Shown here one piece after another: positions 17,268-26,238 of a DNA stretch of 52,879 nt. Below the pieces are notes generated by a model. The model saw only the letters and a program-made list of their open reading frames with translations. It had not been told where the DNA came from and ran no database searches. Source of the stretch: Candidatus Limnocylindria bacterium (GTDB taxonomy: Bacteria; Chloroflexota; Limnocylindria; Limnocylindrales; CSP1-4); the NCBI GenBank assembly GCA_041484785.1, contig JBGPIH010000003.1, positions 1 to 52,879 of the forward strand, written 5' to 3'. A program made the translations under genes and the position numbers. Within the stretch, counting starts at the first letter, position 1. Every line of letters begins with the position of its first letter.

Positions 17268-18421
17268 CGGAGCTCGGCCAAAAGCAGCTCGACGCGGCCT
17301 TGCCAGTCGGCCGCGCGAGCGAAGGCGATCCCCGGACCCGGTTCGGATGGTCGGTCGATCGCGGCACGGATCGCGGCGACGTGCTCCTCGGGCGTTCGGC
17401 ACAGGAGCGCCGGGCTGCCGAGCCGGCGGAGCTCGTCCCAATCGCTCGCGACCACGGGCAGCCCGCTGGCCAGGTACTCGTACAGCTTGAGCGGATGGAT
17501 CCCGTTCACGAGGTCCCGATGGCCGGCGACATCGAACGGGATGAGCCCCACGTCGGCGTTGTGGAGATAGCGCCCGATCTGGTCATGCGGCCGTTTGCCG
17601 AACAGGTGGAGGTTGGAGCGAGGCGCCAGGCGCGAGGCGGCGGGCTCGGTCGGCCCGATCAGCACGAATGACACCTCGGGGAGAGCCGCCGGCAGTGCCT
17701 CCATCAGGACGAAATCGAACCACTCGCCAGTCGCTCCGACGTAGATCGCGATCGGATGCGGGATCCCGGCGAGGTCGTCCGGCAGCGACCGGTCGCCTGC
17801 CGCGAACTGATCGAAGTCCACCCCGTTTGGTAGGTGGAGACTGCGTCTGGCACCCAGGCGCGCGACGTCGGGCTCGAGGCTGGCGGCGCTGTAGACGACG
17901 AGATCGACCGACGCGGCGATGTGGCGTTCGAGGGCCTGCATCGATGGCGTGACGTGCGAGAACGCCGCCATCCGGTCGGCGATCCGCAGGACCGAGCGCC
18001 GATGCGGGATCGCGTCGAGCAGGAACCCCTGGATCGGGCTGTCGAGGTAGAGGAGGTCTACCTTGCCGAACCCGCGCCTGCGAAGCATGCGAACAAGGTT
18101 CGGGACCGAGAAGCGTGCCCAATGCCGGTTAACCTGCCGGCTCCGCAGGCCGGGCTTGGCATGTGGCGTCAGGAGTGCTCCCGGGACGTATGCCCAGACG
18201 TGGCCGTCGATGTCGACGACCCCGCCGGATCGGTAGTTGGCGATTCGGGCCCGCAACTCTGGGGACAAGCCCTCAATGAGATGGAACGGCGAGATCGGGC
18301 TCGAGAGGTAGGCCACATCCCAGCCCAGGGCGGCGAAGGCCTTGGCGATCTGGTGCCCTCCCACTTGGAACGGCGAATCCCAGAACTCGAAACAGCCCAT
18401 CAGGACCTTGGGCCTCGTCAC
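17264..18421 (-). CDS. GT-B glycosyltransferase (GT4/TuaH-like)
   Basis: LPNGVDF, YVGA, DVGLIPF, PLKLYEYLASGLPVV; GTGA overlap. Confidence 0.88.
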   Translation of the reverse strand: MTRPKVLMGCFEFWDSPFQVGGHQIAKAFAALGWDVAYLSSPISPFHLIEGLSPELRARIANYRSGGVVDIDGHVWAYVPGALLTPHAKPGLRSRQVNRHWARFSVPNLVRMLRRRGFGKVDLLYLDSPIQGFLLDAIPHRRSVLRIADRMAAFSHVTPSMQALERHIAASVDLVVYSAASLEPDVARLGARRSLHLPNGVDFDQFAAGDRSLPDDLAGIPHPIAIYVGATGEWFDFVLMEALPAALPEVSFVLIGPTEPAASRLAPRSNLHLFGKRPHDQIGRYLHNADVGLIPFDVAGHRDLVNGIHPLKLYEYLASGLPVVASDWDELRRLGSPALLCRTPEEHVAAIRAAIDRPSEPGPGIAFARAADWQGRVELLLAELR

Positions 18422-20613
18422 GGCGGACCCGCTCGCTCGACGATCCCGTAGCCCGGCGAGAACGGCAGGGTCCCGGCGCCATCTGTCTCCACGAACCGGG
18501 CGCCCTCGAGCCCGTAATCGAGGGTGACACGGTCGTCCTCGAGCCGGGCACGAAGGACGAGGACCCTCGATCCGGTCATCTGCCAACGGCCAGCGAACCC
18601 CGCCGGCCCCCAGTAGGTGCAGGTCGCCTCGGAGCCCCGACCGAGCCGGAAGAGGAATTCCTCGAGATCGGCCGGTTCGGGGCCGTCGAAGGTTGGGATG
18701 GCATGAGCGCGGACCGACCGGTAGGCGTTGCGTCGCTCCGGGAGCGGCGTGTACACGTCGGTTCCGGGGTCGCGCAGCCGGTCCACGCCATCGATCGCCA
18801 GTTCGATGCCCAGCTGGTCGTTGTGCGCGTGGCCGCCCACCCCGTTCTGCCCGACCGGACCGCAGCGGATCGCCAGGTAGACCCGTCGCGAGCGAAGGAT
18901 GAAGAGGCCGAAGCCCGGATAGGCGATCCGTTCCAGGCCGTCGGTCGCGCCGCCGCCATCGAGCGCGATCCGGGTCGAACGCCGTTGATCCGCTGCCCGG
19001 GCACCAAGCCAGGCCCCGATGTCGTCGAGCGCCTGGTCGTCGCCGACCCGGATCGATCGGGCGTGACCGACCGCCTCGCCGTCGGTCAGCAGGCACGCAC
19101 CATTCCCGAGCAGTCGGACGACGGCTGTCTCGACCCGCGCGGTCGCCGCGAAGCGCTCGAGATCCGCCCGTTCGAAGAGGCCTGCGATCGCGCCGACGAG
19201 CGGCCGGTGATCCAGATGGTCCTCCGCCCAGTACGTCGAGCCGTCGGGCAACGCGGCATCGACGGTCAGGTTCGCGAAGCGTTCTCGGGCGGCGGCCGCG
19301 GCGACTGGGCGGACGACCGGCACGAGCTTCAGGAATCGCCCGTTGTCGTTGTCGCCGATCTGGCAGACGCGCCCGCTCGGCTTCGTAGCGTCCATGCTGA
19401 ACCCGGCCATCCGCTCGAGCCGCTCGGCCAGCCACCCGGGTAGCGGCGATGCCCCGCCGTTCGGCAGAGCCCTCCGCTTCTCCGCGTCGAGGCTGAGGAT
19501 CAGGGCGACGGCCCAGGTGACCATCTCGGCCGAGAGGCGGTGATACGAGGTCGACGCCTCGAAACCCGTGCCGTCGTCGTTGAATTGCAATCGGGTCTCG
19601 GCAATCAGTTCCCGGCCCGCGAGGGTCAGCCACGCATCGGTCTCGGCGGTGCCGGGGAGATATGCCGCGGTGAACAGCAGCCCGACGATGTCTGCGAGGT
19701 AGTGGTTGGCTCGCAGGTCGGGCGCCCACTCGAGGTTGGCGGCGATGTGCCGGGCGTGCTCCAGGACGCTGCGGCGGAAGGCGGCCTCAAAGTCGGGGTC
19801 GAAGGCGGTTCCGATCGAGACGAACAGGTCGTGGGCGACGAGCAAGTTCGCCACGCGGATGGCGACGTCCATCGTCGTCGTCCAGTTGACGCCGAACCGG
19901 GGCGGGTTCGTCGCGATGAAATCGAGGACCTCGTTGCGGAACTCCGCCGTATAGCGCTCCGGCGAGCTCAGCCCCGATTCACCCGCGCGAGCCAGGGCCG
20001 TCGCCAGCGCGAGCTGGGGCAGATGCTGCATCCGTGCGAGTTCCCACGGGACCTTGACGTCGGCCCCAGGGACCGAGCCGTACTCGATGTCGCGGTACCA
20101 GGTCGCCTCCGACCAGCGCCATCCGGACTTGAAATCGAGCTGCCAGTCGATCGGTTCGTAGCCCTCGTCGACGAGCTGCCAGACCCGCCGCGACTCGGGG
20201 AGGTTCGCCGCGGTCACCCGTCCGGCGAGCCACCCGCCGTCCAGATCCGCCTCGACCGTCGGCTTCGCGGGGTATCGATGGCCCTCGAGACCGGCGCATG
20301 CCACGCCGTGGCGGACCCGGACCCACCCAGAGCCGAGCAGGTCGAAGCGATGGTCGAGGTACAGGCCCGTCACGCCGGCGATCGCCTCCGCGTGTGGGCG
20401 GAGCAGCTCCACGGGCGGGACGTCGAGGTATCGGAGCAGCGTGGCCGGGATCGCGTCGTCCGGCAGGTAGGTCGTCTCCGCTGCGTCTCGGCGCCGATCC
20501 CGGCGACCCTCGCCGGACCGGCGCGCCATCGCAAGGGCCCGGGTCGCGGTGACCTGCGGCGGCTGGCGGAGCCCGGCTCGGACCCACGCGGCGAGTCGCC
20601 CGGGCTCAGGCAT
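18418..20613 (-). CDS. Heparinase II/III-family protein
   Basis: DVKVPWELARMQHL, NPPRFGVNW, ANHYLAD, FEASTSYHR, IGDND, GHAHNDQL, DPGT. Confidence 0.88.
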   Translation of the reverse strand: MPEPGRLAAWVRAGLRQPPQVTATRALAMARRSGEGRRDRRRDAAETTYLPDDAIPATLLRYLDVPPVELLRPHAEAIAGVTGLYLDHRFDLLGSGWVRVRHGVACAGLEGHRYPAKPTVEADLDGGWLAGRVTAANLPESRRVWQLVDEGYEPIDWQLDFKSGWRWSEATWYRDIEYGSVPGADVKVPWELARMQHLPQLALATALARAGESGLSSPERYTAEFRNEVLDFIATNPPRFGVNWTTTMDVAIRVANLLVAHDLFVSIGTAFDPDFEAAFRRSVLEHARHIAANLEWAPDLRANHYLADIVGLLFTAAYLPGTAETDAWLTLAGRELIAETRLQFNDDGTGFEASTSYHRLSAEMVTWAVALILSLDAEKRRALPNGGASPLPGWLAERLERMAGFSMDATKPSGRVCQIGDNDNGRFLKLVPVVRPVAAAAARERFANLTVDAALPDGSTYWAEDHLDHRPLVGAIAGLFERADLERFAATARVETAVVRLLGNGACLLTDGEAVGHARSIRVGDDQALDDIGAWLGARAADQRRSTRIALDGGGATDGLERIAYPGFGLFILRSRRVYLAIRCGPVGQNGVGGHAHNDQLGIELAIDGVDRLRDPGTDVYTPLPERRNAYRSVRAHAIPTFDGPEPADLEEFLFRLGRGSEATCTYWGPAGFAGRWQMTGSRVLVLRARLEDDRVTLDYGLEGARFVETDGAGTLPFSPGYGIVERAGPP

Positions 20614-22198
20614 AGCGCGACTGCAGCTTCTCGATGATCCGGCGCGTGTGCTCGTACCAGGTGTGCTTGGCGACCGCGTCCTCGCGCGCGGCCCGACCGA
20701 GCCGTTCGCGAAGGGCCGGGTCGTCGATGAGGCGCTCGAGGCCGTTAGCGAGCGCATCGACGTCACCGGGTTCGACCAGCCAGGCCGTCCGTTCGTGATC
20801 GAGGACCTCGCCGATCTGCTCGAGCCGCGAGGCGACGATCCCCTTGCCCATCGCCATGTACTCGAACAGCTTCGTGGGCGAGCCGAAGAACGGCGAGCCG
20901 TCGACGTTGGGAACATGCGGCGAGACCAGGATGTCGCAGGCGGCAAGGTAGGCCGGCCCGTCCTCCTGCGCGGTTCGGCCGACGAAGAGCGTTTCGTCCC
21001 CAACCCCGCCGGCGCGGATCCGTCGACGCGTCTCCTCGACCGTCGGGCCGTCGCCGATCATCAGCAGCCGCACGCCTTCCCGATACTCGGGACGCCGCGC
21101 GACCAGACGACCGAACGCCTCGGCCAGCACCTCCGCCCCATGCCACGGCCCGAACGTCCCGATGAAGCCGACGACGATCCGGTCATCGAGTCCCAGGCGC
21201 TCGCGAACCGGACCGCCATCGACCGCCGGGGAATAGCGATCCGGGTCGACTCCGTTCGGGTTCACCAGCACCTTGTCACGATCGACTCCCCGATGGACAA
21301 GGTCGCGAGCCAGCGTTTGACTCACAACCACGACCACGTCGGCGGCCGCGAGGTCGAATGACTCGATCGTATCCGACAGGGCTTCGTACTTCAGTCGGCG
21401 ACCCCAGTTCCGGTTGACCCAGACCTCCGATCCGTTATATTCGAGTACGAGCGGAATGCCGTGCCTCCGGGCGATCTGGACGCCGACGTAGCTATTGAGG
21501 CTGTACCGCTGATACACGAATGCGAGCCCCCTCCCTTCCAGGTGCCGCCTCGCTCGATCGTCGAAGACGTCGTTGAAAGCGAACGCCGGCAGCTCCAGGA
21601 AGTCAGCAAACCGGCCATCGGGCGGGATCACGTGTGTCTCGATGTCGGACCGAACGGAAGGGATCGCGTCGCTCGTCAGGAAGATCGGTGGGCCGGTGAA
21701 CCCATCCAGTTTGTTCAGCACCCCGGCGATGTGGCCGACCGACCCGCCGGACGTGAGGCCGAAGACCAGATCCGTGCGAAGGTAGACCGGAGATGCCCGC
21801 TGGTCGATCGGCCGAGGCCTCGAAGCGGGCGACGATCCGAGATCCTCGATCTCCCTCTCGATGTCACGAAGGAGTCGGGCGCGGTGCATGAGGTCACGAA
21901 CGGTGCGTCGGCCGAGCCGCGCAAGCGTTCGTGCATCTATCGAGATGCTGGCTCCGTGGTCGTCCTGGATCAAACACGTCCCCCGGGCCATCAGCCGAAG
22001 GAGAAACATGGTGAGGAAGGGCCTGGTCAACGCTCCGATCCGATGCGTTTGGAGCCGGACCTCGCGGTAGCCGAACGCTCGCCGGACGATGGTGCCGTGA
22101 TAGACCCATCGCTTGAATTCGTCGAACGTCACCGCCACCTCGTGCGGTCGAGCGACATACGCCGTGTCCTTGACGATCACGAGACAGGAGTCAGGCAT
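20606..22198 (-). CDS. GT4-family glycosyltransferase with N-terminal extension
   Basis: GGSVGH, NPNGVD, GTFGPWHG, SPTKLFEYMAMGK; start ATG 22198. Confidence 0.88.
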   Translation of the reverse strand: MPDSCLVIVKDTAYVARPHEVAVTFDEFKRWVYHGTIVRRAFGYREVRLQTHRIGALTRPFLTMFLLRLMARGTCLIQDDHGASISIDARTLARLGRRTVRDLMHRARLLRDIEREIEDLGSSPASRPRPIDQRASPVYLRTDLVFGLTSGGSVGHIAGVLNKLDGFTGPPIFLTSDAIPSVRSDIETHVIPPDGRFADFLELPAFAFNDVFDDRARRHLEGRGLAFVYQRYSLNSYVGVQIARRHGIPLVLEYNGSEVWVNRNWGRRLKYEALSDTIESFDLAAADVVVVVSQTLARDLVHRGVDRDKVLVNPNGVDPDRYSPAVDGGPVRERLGLDDRIVVGFIGTFGPWHGAEVLAEAFGRLVARRPEYREGVRLLMIGDGPTVEETRRRIRAGGVGDETLFVGRTAQEDGPAYLAACDILVSPHVPNVDGSPFFGSPTKLFEYMAMGKGIVASRLEQIGEVLDHERTAWLVEPGDVDALANGLERLIDDPALRERLGRAAREDAVAKHTWYEHTRRIIEKLQSRYA

Positions 22199-23024
22199 CG
22201 GTCTTATTGGCGCTAGCGACCACGTACCAGCCCCATCGGCGCCCGATACGATCCAGCCATGCCAACGGAACCCTTTTCCAGACGCCCCACAGGAAGCCTG
22301 GAGCGGGCAAGTCCTCGGCAACGAGTTTGCGCACGGCTATGGCTCGATTCACGAAGCCTGCGTCGGCCAACATCCTGACTACGGCTCGTCTCGAGTAGAC
22401 ATTGACGATCGGATGACTCGAGCTCGAGCTGGCTTCGATCATCGAGAGCCGCTCTCGGAAGGAGTGCCGCCGGAAGCCGCCTCGAAGAAGGTGGATCCAG
22501 CCGAACAGGGTCACCCAATGGAAGACCGAGTCTCGGTGGTAGACGATCAACCAGATGACGCCGCCCGACTTCAAGACGCGAAACGCCTCAGCGAGCGCGA
22601 TGCCGATATCCGGCACGTGATGAAGGACGCCGTTGCTGAAGACCACATCGAATGTGTCGTTTTCGAAGGGGAGGTTCTCGGCATCGGCCTCCCGGACGTC
22701 CGGGTGAAAGCCGTAGAGCGAGAGGTGAGCTCGAGTGCGGTCGACGTTCTCCGGGGTGAGATCGATGCCCGTGTACTCGGCGCCCTGTCGGCAGAACTCG
22801 TAGGCATCGTAGCCTGCGCCGCAGCCGATCTCGAGCACGCGCCGGCCGGCATACGAACTGAACGGGACCAGGTCGAACAACCACGGCTGCTCGTAGGTCG
22901 AACGGCGCTCGAGGACGCGCTCGAAGAACTCGCGGGTGCCCGGGTCGGCACCATCGCCGAAGGTCCATCCGGCCGGCGAGGCTCCCCAGACCTCACGCGC
23001 GGCATCGCGGGGGTCCTGACTCAT
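22191..23024 (-). CDS. Class I SAM-dependent methyltransferase
   Basis: VLEIGCGAG, GIDLT, DAENLPF, FDVVFSNGVLHH, RVLKSGG; ATGA overlap with the flippase stop. Confidence 0.9.
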   Translation of the reverse strand: MSQDPRDAAREVWGASPAGWTFGDGADPGTREFFERVLERRSTYEQPWLFDLVPFSSYAGRRVLEIGCGAGYDAYEFCRQGAEYTGIDLTPENVDRTRAHLSLYGFHPDVREADAENLPFENDTFDVVFSNGVLHHVPDIGIALAEAFRVLKSGGVIWLIVYHRDSVFHWVTLFGWIHLLRGGFRRHSFRERLSMIEASSSSSHPIVNVYSRRAVVRMLADAGFVNRAIAVRKLVAEDLPAPGFLWGVWKRVPLAWLDRIGRRWGWYVVASANKTDA

Positions 23025-24346
23025 CGCGTCGACGTTCGCGCCCCAGGCGACCGGCGTCGCTGGAGGAAATACGTTGCGCTGATCGCCAGCATCAGCGAAT
23101 AGGCGATCGTCGAGGCCACCGAGGCACCGACGATCCCGACCGTCGGAATGAGCCACAGGTTGAGTGCAACGTTCACGATGAAGCCTGCGAGTGGCGCGTA
23201 CACGGTGATGGGCGGCATGCCGACCGCTCCGGCGTAATTCATCAGGATCACGTGCATCGATAACCCCACGATCCCTGGGAGGAGCACGACGAACGCCGGC
23301 ACGGCCGGCAGGAACACCTCGCCGTAGAGGATCGAGATGACCGTTCCGCCGAGGACGCCCGCCACGATGGCCACCGCCGTCATGACGACACCGAGAGCGA
23401 CAGCGACGGTCCAGGCGATCCGCCATTGCCGTTCCGAGTCCGTGATCGCGGAAAGCCGAGGAAAGAGAAGCGTTCCCACGACCACCGGGAGGAGGTAAAC
23501 AAGGTCGGCGAGCGTCACCGCGATCGAGTAGTAGCCAGCGTCGGCTGAGCCGCGGATGTACTGGACCATGAGCAGATCGAGGCGAAGGGTCAGGAAGGCG
23601 AACAAGGCCGCGAAGTACGCCTTCGCGCCGTAGGAGCTGTGCTCGCGCAAGAGCGACAGACTGGGCCGAATCGGATCCTGGACTCGCTGCACCAGGAGGG
23701 TTCCTGCCGCAATCGTGGCCAGGATGGAGACGCCGACGACCACGATGAGGGCGCTCGCCACCGTGACCCAGTCTGCAAGGATCAGTGCCGCGAAGCACAC
23801 GACGGTGAGAATCCGACCCGCCAGGTCCAGGAGGTTGAACGCACGGATGCGGTTGGTTCCGAGCAACAGGTTCTGGAGGAGCAGGTAGGCAAGTCCGATC
23901 GGGATGGCCAGGAGCCCGATCGCGAGGACCAGTGGAGGCAGCGGCGAGACGCCCGGCGCAACAGTCACGATGGCCCAGATCAGGATCGCGCCGCCGCCCC
24001 CGACGACGAGACTCACCGCAAGGCTGTTGGCGAGCAACGGAGCCAGGAGGCGCGGGTCGCGCGAGACCGCCCAGGTATTGGACGCGTGGAGGCCGAGATT
24101 GCCGAGCTGGACGCCGACCGCACCGAGCGCGACCGCCACCGCGAACTGACCTCGACCCTCGGGACCCAGCGCCCGGGTCACCAGCACCGAGGTGACCAGT
24201 CCGATCGCGATCAGCAGGAGCCGGTTCCCGAGCGTCGCGATGATGTTCCGGAGGAAGTCCGACCCGGTCGCCTCCTGGAGCATCTCTCGGGGACCCATCG
24301 GGGCCGAACCGCGGGCGCTCACGAGGCTCGAAGCGTCGTCCGTCAC
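23021..24346 (-). CDS. Wzx-type polysaccharide flippase
   Basis: TRALGPEGRG, RLDLLMV, AGYYSIA, LIPTVGIVGASVA; about 12 TM; GTGA overlap. Confidence 0.9.
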   Translation of the reverse strand: MTDDASSLVSARGSAPMGPREMLQEATGSDFLRNIIATLGNRLLLIAIGLVTSVLVTRALGPEGRGQFAVAVALGAVGVQLGNLGLHASNTWAVSRDPRLLAPLLANSLAVSLVVGGGGAILIWAIVTVAPGVSPLPPLVLAIGLLAIPIGLAYLLLQNLLLGTNRIRAFNLLDLAGRILTVVCFAALILADWVTVASALIVVVGVSILATIAAGTLLVQRVQDPIRPSLSLLREHSSYGAKAYFAALFAFLTLRLDLLMVQYIRGSADAGYYSIAVTLADLVYLLPVVVGTLLFPRLSAITDSERQWRIAWTVAVALGVVMTAVAIVAGVLGGTVISILYGEVFLPAVPAFVVLLPGIVGLSMHVILMNYAGAVGMPPITVYAPLAGFIVNVALNLWLIPTVGIVGASVASTIAYSLMLAISATYFLQRRRSPGARTSTR

Positions 24347-26238
24347 GCGAGGTACTCGTTCCACCACATGGCCAGGTTGTGGAGGTACCACGCTTGCGGG
24401 CCTCGGTCCTGGGCCAGGAGGCTGCGGACCGCATCCCGGTCCAGGAAGTCGGTCGACGCGCAGAAGGCATCGATGTCGCGCCGGATCTGGTCGCCCAGCC
24501 GGTCGTGGTACCACTCCTGGACGGGCACGCCGAAGCCCTGCTTCGGCCGATCGATCAGCTCGTCCGGGATCACGCCGCGGACCGCCTTCTTCAGGACGTA
24601 CTTGAGCGTCCCGTCTCGCGTCTTGAGTTCGGTCGGGATGCTCATCGCCAGCTCGACGAATTTGTGGTCGAGGAACGGGACCCGGCCCTCCAGGCTGACC
24701 CCCATGCTCATCTTGTCCACGCGCATCAGGAGCAGCTCGGGCAGGCGGAGGTTGAGGTCCAGGTAGGTCATCCAGTTGAGGTCGGACGGCTCCCACGCCT
24801 TCGCCGCGAAGCGCTCGCGGATCGGCGCGAGGACCTGCCACGAGGTCAGCCCGTCGAATCGACGCTGCAGCCGCGGACTGAGCAGCCGTTTCTTGTCCCG
24901 CTGGGTGAAGGCCTCGGCCCCGCCCCAGAAGACCGGCTGCCCCGCAGCCCCCCGCCGGAGCCATTCGTATCGCTTGCCGCCGTCCCTGCCCGTGCCTCGC
25001 AGGCCGGCAAGCGCGAGGCGCTTGAGCGACCGGGGCACCGGCCACCCATCCATCCGCTGCACCTCGAGCGCCCGCTTCCACGACGGGTACCCGCAGAACA
25101 GCTCGTCGGCGCCCTCGCCGACCTGGGCCACCGTCACGCCGTTGTCGCGGGCCAGCTTGGAGACGTAGTAGACGGGCACGCACACGGGGTCCGCGATCGG
25201 CTCGTCCTGGAGCTGGACCATGCGTGGCAGGAAGTCGAGCAGGTCGTCCTGGGTCAGCAGACGTTCATGGTGCTCGGCCCCCACCTCGTCGGCCATCCGG
25301 CGGGCCCAGTCGAGCTCGTTGCGGTAGCTCTCGTACTCCCCTTCGTAGCCGATCGAGAAGGTCTTGACCGGCCGCGTCTCGCCCTCCGAGAAGAGGGCGG
25401 CGTTCGTGCTCGAGTCGATGCCGCCCGACAGGAAGACGCCGACCGGCACGTCGCTGACCTTGCGGAGCTGGACCGCGGTCCGCAGCTCGGCGAGCACGCG
25501 CTCGGCGATCTCCGCCTCGGGGACGCCGGTCAGTGGCGTGACGTGATCCCAGACGTCCCACCAGCGCCGTTCCTGGACGGTCCCGTCCTCGGACACGCGC
25601 ATCCACGTGCCGGCCGGCAGCTTCCGGATACCGGCGAACAGGGTGTCGGGTGCCGGCGTCGTCAGGAACGAGAGGTAGTGGAAGAAGGCCTCCTCGTTGA
25701 CCGCCCGCTCCTGCTCGGGATCCTGGAGGAGCGCCTTGATCTCCGAGGCGAACGAGATCCGGCCGTGATGGATGCTGTAGTAGAGCGGCTTGATCCCGAT
25801 CCGATCCCGGACCAGCCAGATCTCGCGCCGGCGCGCGTCCCACAGCCCGATCGCGAACATCCCACGGAACCGCACGAGGCAGTCGATCCCCCATTCCTCG
25901 AAGGCGTGGAGGATGACCTCGGTGTCGCTGTGGTCGGTCTTCCAGCGATGGCCGCCGATCTGCTCGAGTTCGGCCCGGATCTCCGCGTGGTTGTAGATCT
26001 CGCCGTTGTAGACGACGCGCAGCGAGCCGTCCTCGTTCGACATCGGCTGCATGGCCGCGGCGCTCAGGTCGATGATCGCGAGGCGCCGGAACGCGAGGCC
26101 GATCCGGCAGTCGGCGCCGACCCAGGTGTCCGCGCCATCGGGCCCGCGATGTCGCATGGTGTCGCGCATCCGCTCCATCTGATCGACCGTCACCTGGTGG
26201 TTCCGGTCGAACGTCAGCGTCCCGACGATCCCGCACAT
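24343..26238 (-). CDS. asnB: Asparagine synthase-family glutamine amidotransferase (probably sugar amidation)
   Basis: MCGI, HRGPD, NGEIYN, RDRIGIKPLY, LSGGIDSS, GEGADE, RVPFLD, RPKQGF. Confidence 0.95.
   Translation of the reverse strand: MCGIVGTLTFDRNHQVTVDQMERMRDTMRHRGPDGADTWVGADCRIGLAFRRLAIIDLSAAAMQPMSNEDGSLRVVYNGEIYNHAEIRAELEQIGGHRWKTDHSDTEVILHAFEEWGIDCLVRFRGMFAIGLWDARRREIWLVRDRIGIKPLYYSIHHGRISFASEIKALLQDPEQERAVNEEAFFHYLSFLTTPAPDTLFAGIRKLPAGTWMRVSEDGTVQERRWWDVWDHVTPLTGVPEAEIAERVLAELRTAVQLRKVSDVPVGVFLSGGIDSSTNAALFSEGETRPVKTFSIGYEGEYESYRNELDWARRMADEVGAEHHERLLTQDDLLDFLPRMVQLQDEPIADPVCVPVYYVSKLARDNGVTVAQVGEGADELFCGYPSWKRALEVQRMDGWPVPRSLKRLALAGLRGTGRDGGKRYEWLRRGAAGQPVFWGGAEAFTQRDKKRLLSPRLQRRFDGLTSWQVLAPIRERFAAKAWEPSDLNWMTYLDLNLRLPELLLMRVDKMSMGVSLEGRVPFLDHKFVELAMSIPTELKTRDGTLKYVLKKAVRGVIPDELIDRPKQGFGVPVQEWYHDRLGDQIRRDIDAFCASTDFLDRDAVRSLLAQDRGPQAWYLHNLAMWWNEYLA

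Noticed and set aside
24343-26238. asnB as a housekeeping asparagine synthetase
   Set aside because: It is embedded in, and coupled to, polysaccharide genes; glycan amidation is more plausible
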